From: Clostridiales bacterium | GTDB taxonomy: Bacteria > Bacillota > Clostridia > Saccharofermentanales > Saccharofermentanaceae | Length of the DNA: 64,000 bases | Direction of reading: 5' to 3' | Assembly (NCBI GenBank): GCA_017513085.1 | Contig: JAFWDK010000009.1 | Location: 32,001-96,000, forward strand | Shown: positions 58,638 through 64,000 of the stretch, piece after piece | How positions within the stretch are numbered: position 1 is the first letter of the stretch | Layout of the letters: each line of letters opens with the position of its first letter | Translations under genes and position numbers: made by a program | Notes under the pieces: model-generated | Seen by the model: the letters and a program-made list of their open reading frames with translations, nothing else | What the model was told of the DNA's origin: nothing | Database searches by the model: none

Positions 58638-59916
58638 TGCTTTTTCTAAGCCGGAAGTACTTGCTCCTGCCGGGAATCTGGAAAAACTGAAGACTGCAAT
58701 CGCTTATGGCGCGGATGCGGTCTACATGTCCGGCAAACAATTCGGTCTTCGTACTTTCAGTGACAATTTTACGCATGAAGAGATGGAAGAGGGAGTGCGC
58801 TATGCGCATGATCGTGGTGTAAAGTGCTATTGCACGGTCAATGTTATGGCTCATGAGGATGATATTTCCCGTCTTGACGAGGAGATATTGTTCCTTCAGA
58901 AGATCGGGATGGATGCCTTGATCGTTTCGGATGCCGGCATCTTCCGCAAAGTCCGTCGTCTTACTCCTGATATGGAGATCCATATCAGTACCCAGGCCAG
59001 CGTGACCAACAGTGAAGGTTGCATGTTCTGGTATGAACAGGGCGCCAGACGTGTTGTGCTTGCCCGCGAACTGACACTTGATGAGATCCGGAAGATCCGT
59101 CAGTCGATCCCTGCTGATCTTGAACTTGAATGCTTCGTGCATGGCGCTATGTGTGTATCCTACTCCGGCCGTTGTCTGCTGTCGAATTACTTCACCGGCC
59201 GTTCTGCGAATAGTGGAAGCTGTGCGCAACCGTGCCGCTGGGGGTACTATGTCGTAGAGGAGAAGCGGTTGGAAGCGCCGCTGCCGATCCAGGAAGATGA
59301 ACGGGGCACTTACATTTTTAATTCTAAAGATATCTGCATGATCGGACATATTCCGGAACTGATCGCTGCCGGGATCACCAGTTTCAAGATCGAAGGCCGC
59401 ATCAAGGGTGCTTTTTACGCGGCTTCGGTAACCAAGGCATATCGCGAAGCCGTGGATCTTTATATGACAGATCCCGCGCATTACGAAGAGGATCCGAGAT
59501 GGCAGGCAATGTTGGACCGTACGGTACATCGTGATTTTGCAACAGGCTTTTTCTACGATAAGCCCGGCGAGAATGCCCAGATCTTCCCGGATAAGACTTA
59601 TAACCGTCCGGCATTTGTCGTGGGAGTGGTAACGGGGTATGACGAAGAGAGAGGCTGTGCTATCGTAAGCCAGAGAAATAAGATCTTTAAAGGCGATACT
59701 CTCCATCTTCTGATGCCGCAAGGATATAGCGAGCCGATCGTTGCTTCGGAGATCTTTGATGAGGATATGAATCCGATCGAATCCACGCCGCATGCGGAAA
59801 TGAAGTATTATCTGAAAGTGGACCAAAAAATCCCTGAGTATTCCTTCTTGAGCAGAGACGGAGATAAAGATGAGGGCATCTTCCGTAACGACGCATCGAC
59901 GAAGGAGAAGAAGTGA
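58627..59916 (+). CDS. Peptidase U32-family protein (TrhP-like tRNA hydroxylation)
   Basis: PEVLAPAG, GADAVY, HISTQ, HGAMCVSYSGRC..CAQPCR and KIEGR. Confidence 0.9.
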   Translation: MRADAFSKPEVLAPAGNLEKLKTAIAYGADAVYMSGKQFGLRTFSDNFTHEEMEEGVRYAHDRGVKCYCTVNVMAHEDDISRLDEEILFLQKIGMDALIVSDAGIFRKVRRLTPDMEIHISTQASVTNSEGCMFWYEQGARRVVLARELTLDEIRKIRQSIPADLELECFVHGAMCVSYSGRCLLSNYFTGRSANSGSCAQPCRWGYYVVEEKRLEAPLPIQEDERGTYIFNSKDICMIGHIPELIAAGITSFKIEGRIKGAFYAASVTKAYREAVDLYMTDPAHYEEDPRWQAMLDRTVHRDFATGFFYDKPGENAQIFPDKTYNRPAFVVGVVTGYDEERGCAIVSQRNKIFKGDTLHLLMPQGYSEPIVASEIFDEDMNPIESTPHAEMKYYLKVDQKIPEYSFLSRDGDKDEGIFRNDASTKEKK

Positions 59917-61637
59917 GCATGATCCTCTATCTTGTTTCCATTGTATTGGGAATCCTGATGCTTGGCATGGTCATGCATCTTGGATATAAAAACCGAAAAG
60001 AAGCCGCGCTTGGCCCGGGAGATCTGAAGCTTTCTTCCTGTATGTCCTTTATAGAGAAGCATTATGCTGTGTTCGGGCTTGCTCTTTTCGGATTATTTCT
60101 GCTGACCAGACTGGCCTATCTTGGCTTTATTCCGAAAGGCATGCATATCGATGAGATCGGTATGTCTTACGATGCATACTCGCTTTCACACTATGGCATG
60201 GATCGGCATCAGGTGCACTATCCGGTCTATCTTGAGAATTTCGGCGGCGGACAGTCGGCACTTTATGCCTATGCAACCTCTTTGCTTTTGAAGTTTTTTC
60301 CATATTCGACTACCTTGATCCGGCTTCCGGCCGTGATCTTTGGCATGTTCTGCTTCCTTGCGTCATTTTTTCTGATCAAAGATATAGCAGAAGACCTTTA
60401 CGAAAAGTCGGAAAAGAAATGTGAATATCTTCATGCGGTTGCTCTGTCCGGCCCTTTGTTCGTTACGGTAACACCGTATTTTCTGATGTCGGAAAGATGG
60501 GCGTTGGACTGCAATCTTTTCTTGAGTATGGGTACCGTAAGCCTGTGTTTTATTGTGAAAGCCATTCGTTCCAGGAAGAAAACGATGTGCCTGATTGCCG
60601 GTATTTCCTGCGGCGTGACTCTATATACCTATGCCATTTCGTATCTGGTATTGCCGTTATTCTTTCTCATGCTCTTTTTCTATCTTGTGTATTTGCGGAA
60701 AAAGAAACTGTCCATCCCGTGCCTGCTTGTTTTTTGCATTCCGGTAGGCATACTCGGGCTTCCTCTCGTTGTCTTTCAATTGGTCAACATGGGGAAAATA
60801 CCGGAATTCACGCTTTTCGGGATCCAATTCAAAAGACTGTACAGCTATCGGATCAGTGAATTGAGCTTCAGTAGAGCCATACCGAAACTTCTTTATGTCG
60901 TAAAAGGCATGATCGGCGCGGATGAGCTCTCATATAACGCTTTCCATGAATTCGGCCCGTTCTATCTTTGCACGGTGCCACTGGTCATATACGGAGCTTT
61001 CATGGCTATACGGGATATGGTGATCTCCATAAAGAGAAGAGCTTCTCAAGCGGTGGCGGTAGTTGTTTTCTACTTTTTTTCATGCTGGGCGGTCATGCTT
61101 CTCCATGGATTCTGCTATAACGCGATCAATCACATCTATATCACGTTCCTGGTCTTTGCCGTTTACGGATTGATCTATCTGGGAAGATTCTCCGGTAGAA
61201 GCATTCTTATCAGTATGAGCTGCATCGGATTGTCATTTGTGCTGTTTTCCTATGTCTATTTTATCAAGCAGAATGACATGATCCCGAAACATGATTTCTT
61301 CTACGATATGACACAGGGTGAAGTAGTGGAATATGCCGAAAAGCACTATGATCCGGAGGAAGATAAAACGGTTTACATCTCATATGATCCGGAAGAGCAG
61401 GATCAGCAGAATCTGATCGCGTCACTCTATGGTAAGGTACCGGCACCAATCTGGGGGCAGATCACCAAAAACCTGGGAAGGTTCCACATGACTGTTCCGG
61501 AAACGATCGATCCTTCTGAAAATGCCATCTATATTATCGGCCGTTCGCAACAAGATGTGATCGACCTTCTCCTGTCGCAGGGGTACAAAAAAGATGATAC
61601 CTATGAAAAAGATATCATCCTCTATAAAGACGCCTGA
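59913..61637 (+). CDS. GT-C fold glycosyltransferase (ArnT/PMT-like)
   Basis: Polytopic membrane protein with a HIDE loop motif, GQSALYAY, RLPAV and SERWALD; GTGA overlap with the U32 gene. Confidence 0.8.
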   Translation: MSMILYLVSIVLGILMLGMVMHLGYKNRKEAALGPGDLKLSSCMSFIEKHYAVFGLALFGLFLLTRLAYLGFIPKGMHIDEIGMSYDAYSLSHYGMDRHQVHYPVYLENFGGGQSALYAYATSLLLKFFPYSTTLIRLPAVIFGMFCFLASFFLIKDIAEDLYEKSEKKCEYLHAVALSGPLFVTVTPYFLMSERWALDCNLFLSMGTVSLCFIVKAIRSRKKTMCLIAGISCGVTLYTYAISYLVLPLFFLMLFFYLVYLRKKKLSIPCLLVFCIPVGILGLPLVVFQLVNMGKIPEFTLFGIQFKRLYSYRISELSFSRAIPKLLYVVKGMIGADELSYNAFHEFGPFYLCTVPLVIYGAFMAIRDMVISIKRRASQAVAVVVFYFFSCWAVMLLHGFCYNAINHIYITFLVFAVYGLIYLGRFSGRSILISMSCIGLSFVLFSYVYFIKQNDMIPKHDFFYDMTQGEVVEYAEKHYDPEEDKTVYISYDPEEQDQQNLIASLYGKVPAPIWGQITKNLGRFHMTVPETIDPSENAIYIIGRSQQDVIDLLLSQGYKKDDTYEKDIILYKDA

Positions 61638-61649
61638 TCTTTTGCACAC

Positions 61650-62660
61650 TTACGCACGAAGCCAGCAAAGAACAATAAATGCAATGCCGAAAAAGAAGCC
61701 GATCCGAAAATGCTCGGAGACCGGGATCGATAGTGGTCTGGCTTCTTCCGTATTGCAGTGAAGATCCTCGTTTCTTTGTAAATATCTGTAGAAGCGGAGC
61801 TGACGGAAAAGCACCAGCATCATGACGATTCCGATCACCAAAGAGATGTAGGAAGCATAAAGCACGGTACGGCTGTAATCAATGGAATTCTGAACTGTTG
61901 CCGGATCCTGGACAGAAATGACACGCTCGAGAAGTGTCGAAGCACAGGCAATGCCAAGACGCATCGCACAGGAACATAGAACATTTCCCGTGAAATAGCG
62001 GATCGAAGAAGCAAATAGACCGATCACCAGGAACATCAGAAACTCCAGACGATTGGTGGCGAAAAGCGTGCTGAGGAGCGCGGGAACAGGGATCCTGATC
62101 CACCACTTGTCCGGTAATGATGCAAAGAGAAGACCGCGGAAAAAGAGTTCTTCTACGATGGCCGGCAGAAGTATGGTGATGATGAAGATCAAGGCTAAGC
62201 CGAAGATCGAGGATTCAGTCGTCACATAGTAATAGAGCCTGCCGGGGATCGGGTTTTCAAGCTGCAGTTCCAGAAAGATGAACAGGTTGTGGATGCTGGT
62301 CGAGATCAGCATTGCCGGAACGCCGGCCATAATGCTCATAAAGAAAGCGCCCAGGCCAGGATTTCTGCCCCAGAGATGGTGTTCTTTGATCTTGAAATGC
62401 TCGGATGTGAAAACGAAAATGGCAAGAAGCGCCATCAGCCGGATCAGCGTAATGATCGAATAGCCGATCAGAGAGGTCTTGGAGAAGAACAGTTTCTCAT
62501 CGGGGATGTCCTGCCATATGACTTGAATGAGAAATGAAAAGCCAAATGCCGTCATCAAAAGAAGTCCCAGATCAGGATACTTCGGGAGACGGATAAAAGG
62601 ATAGATGTAGTTTTTCCAGATGGATTTGATTACGGATAAAAAGTCTCTTTGCTGTGCCAT
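61650..62660 (-). CDS. CPBP/Abi-family intramembrane protein (degenerate active site)
   Basis: PAIVEELFFRG motif and multiple TM helices; the His motifs are absent. Confidence 0.75.
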   Translation of the reverse strand: MAQQRDFLSVIKSIWKNYIYPFIRLPKYPDLGLLLMTAFGFSFLIQVIWQDIPDEKLFFSKTSLIGYSIITLIRLMALLAIFVFTSEHFKIKEHHLWGRNPGLGAFFMSIMAGVPAMLISTSIHNLFIFLELQLENPIPGRLYYYVTTESSIFGLALIFIITILLPAIVEELFFRGLLFASLPDKWWIRIPVPALLSTLFATNRLEFLMFLVIGLFASSIRYFTGNVLCSCAMRLGIACASTLLERVISVQDPATVQNSIDYSRTVLYASYISLVIGIVMMLVLFRQLRFYRYLQRNEDLHCNTEEARPLSIPVSEHFRIGFFFGIAFIVLCWLRA

Positions 62661-62669
62661 TCATATCTC

Positions 62670-63551
62670 CTACAGCAAGTCCGCGAGCGGCGCCACATGA
62701 CGTGTGAACAGCTCCAGGAAATATGGTTCGTAAAGAAGAAACAAGACTGTTCCCAATACGATAAAAGGTCCGAAGGCCAGGTAATCCGGATCATCTGCGA
62801 AATGCATCTCACGCTTTTTCTTCATCAGGATCTTGCGTGCTTTGGCCGGATCGGGACTCTCACGGATCTCTTTTTCTTCCTTGGCAATACGCATGCGCTT
62901 GCGGACAAGAAGAGGAATCGCTACGATTGCAGCTGAGATAAAAGCAATGAAGATCACGAACAGAAGTCCGCGCACTCCGCTTAAAAGACCACACATAAAC
63001 AGGAGCTTGACGTCGCCCATGCCCATGGCTTCAGTCTTGGCGATCATGCTCGAAATAAATCCGATGAGAAAGAGGATGCCGGAACCGATAAGCGCGGCCA
63101 GAACTCTGTTGCCGATAAAGTGATACCAAGGTTTTGAGGCTTCGATCCAGATGTTTCCGTCCACAAAATCGGAAACGAAGTAAAAAACGGAAAGCGCAAT
63201 ACTCAGGACGATGATGTGGTCAGGAATAATGCGGTTCAATATGTCGGACATGACGATCACGGTAAATCCCGGAAGAAGTACGAACAGAGCGATGACACGC
63301 AGGATATTCGAGAAATTCAGAAAATCCGGGTAAAGATATGCGGAAATGAATACGACTACCGCGTAGATCACTGCAAATACGGCGATATGGTAAGGTTTTA
63401 ACCTCTTCGATAAACGGACGTTTTCCGCATTCGGGTCAAAACCATAGTCTTGCAGCCACGCTTCAGGCATCTTATTGAAAATAAAAAATGCCGGTACGGC
63501 CATGACTGCCGCAATCAGCGCGAGAACAAGGGCTTTTGTGATAAGGGTCAT
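62670..63551 (-). CDS. Prepilin peptidase (A24 family)
   Basis: SDILNRIIPD, AMGMGDVKL and AFGPFI; start MTLIT after GGAGG. Confidence 0.85.
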   Translation of the reverse strand: MTLITKALVLALIAAVMAVPAFFIFNKMPEAWLQDYGFDPNAENVRLSKRLKPYHIAVFAVIYAVVVFISAYLYPDFLNFSNILRVIALFVLLPGFTVIVMSDILNRIIPDHIIVLSIALSVFYFVSDFVDGNIWIEASKPWYHFIGNRVLAALIGSGILFLIGFISSMIAKTEAMGMGDVKLLFMCGLLSGVRGLLFVIFIAFISAAIVAIPLLVRKRMRIAKEEKEIRESPDPAKARKILMKKKREMHFADDPDYLAFGPFIVLGTVLFLLYEPYFLELFTRHVAPLADLL

Positions 63552-63663
63552 GCTTTCGCCTCCAAAGAAATCATATATATAAGAATACATTGATTTGCAG
63601 AAATTGTGAAGTCTGCTACAATAACAAATGGTTTATACCATGGGGAAAAGGAGGTGCTACGTT

Positions 63664-64000
63664 ATGAGTGAACGTGCACAAAAGAAAGAATCTACTAAGA
63701 AGGTAGTAAAGAAATCCACAGCAAAGACTACTGCAAAGACAGCTGCTGCAAAGACTTCGGCCAAAACGGTTGTGAAGAAGGCTCCTGCAAAAGCTTCTCC
63801 GAAAGCAGAAGTGAAGACTGCTAAAGCTTCTTCCAAGGCTTCTGTAAAGAAGAGCGTAGCGAAGAGACCGGCGGTAAAGAAGACGGAAAGCGTGAAAAAA
63901 CCTGCCGTTTCCGGAAAGACTCTGACTGTGGATCCGGCTAAAGTACATAACATTTCTGCCCAGGAACTTCATGATATGGTTGCTTTCCAGGTGAAGGCAT
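63664..64000 (+). CDS. 3'-truncated protein with a Lys/Ala-rich histone-H1-like N-terminal extension
   Basis: RBS GGAGGT; MSERAQKKESTKKVVKKSTAKTTAK...; frame open to the window end. Missing from the ORF track because it has no stop. Confidence 0.8.
   Translation, partial: MSERAQKKESTKKVVKKSTAKTTAKTAAAKTSAKTVVKKAPAKASPKAEVKTAKASSKASVKKSVAKRPAVKKTESVKKPAVSGKTLTVDPAKVHNISAQELHDMVAFQVKA

Overview
A 64-kb chromosomal segment from an anaerobic Clostridia-type firmicute of moderate GC content. The gene style suggests a rumen or gut fibre degrader (inference). It is mostly core and metabolic genes: a pentose cluster (partial tkt, LacI, GH3 beta-xylosidase, xylB), argC, T-box-controlled pheST, a BceRS-BceAB-type module, a domain-permuted GH3 beta-glucosidase, rlmI, nadE, Re-citrate synthase, a GlpA-like flavoprotein pair, proS, feoAB, rpmF, der, typA, mltG, a U32 protein and a prepilin peptidase. 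Accessory surface proteins are interspersed. I found no tRNA, rRNA, CRISPR array, transposase or phage genes. The most notable observations are: (1) a structured, C-rich ~185-nt candidate sRNA at ~47078-47262, with its own -10 element and a strand-specific terminator, divergent from an orphan AraC activator; (2) a two-domain NadE whose glutaminase nucleophile Cys is replaced by His; (3) an ECF sigma/anti-sigma pair collapsed by an apparent deletion; (4) a lipoprotein with a Cys/His repeat stalk and a TcdC-like OB-fold tip; (5) a CPBP protease lacking its catalytic histidines; (6) a second BceR-type box far from the bce operon. All calls rest on motif recognition only; no searches were run.
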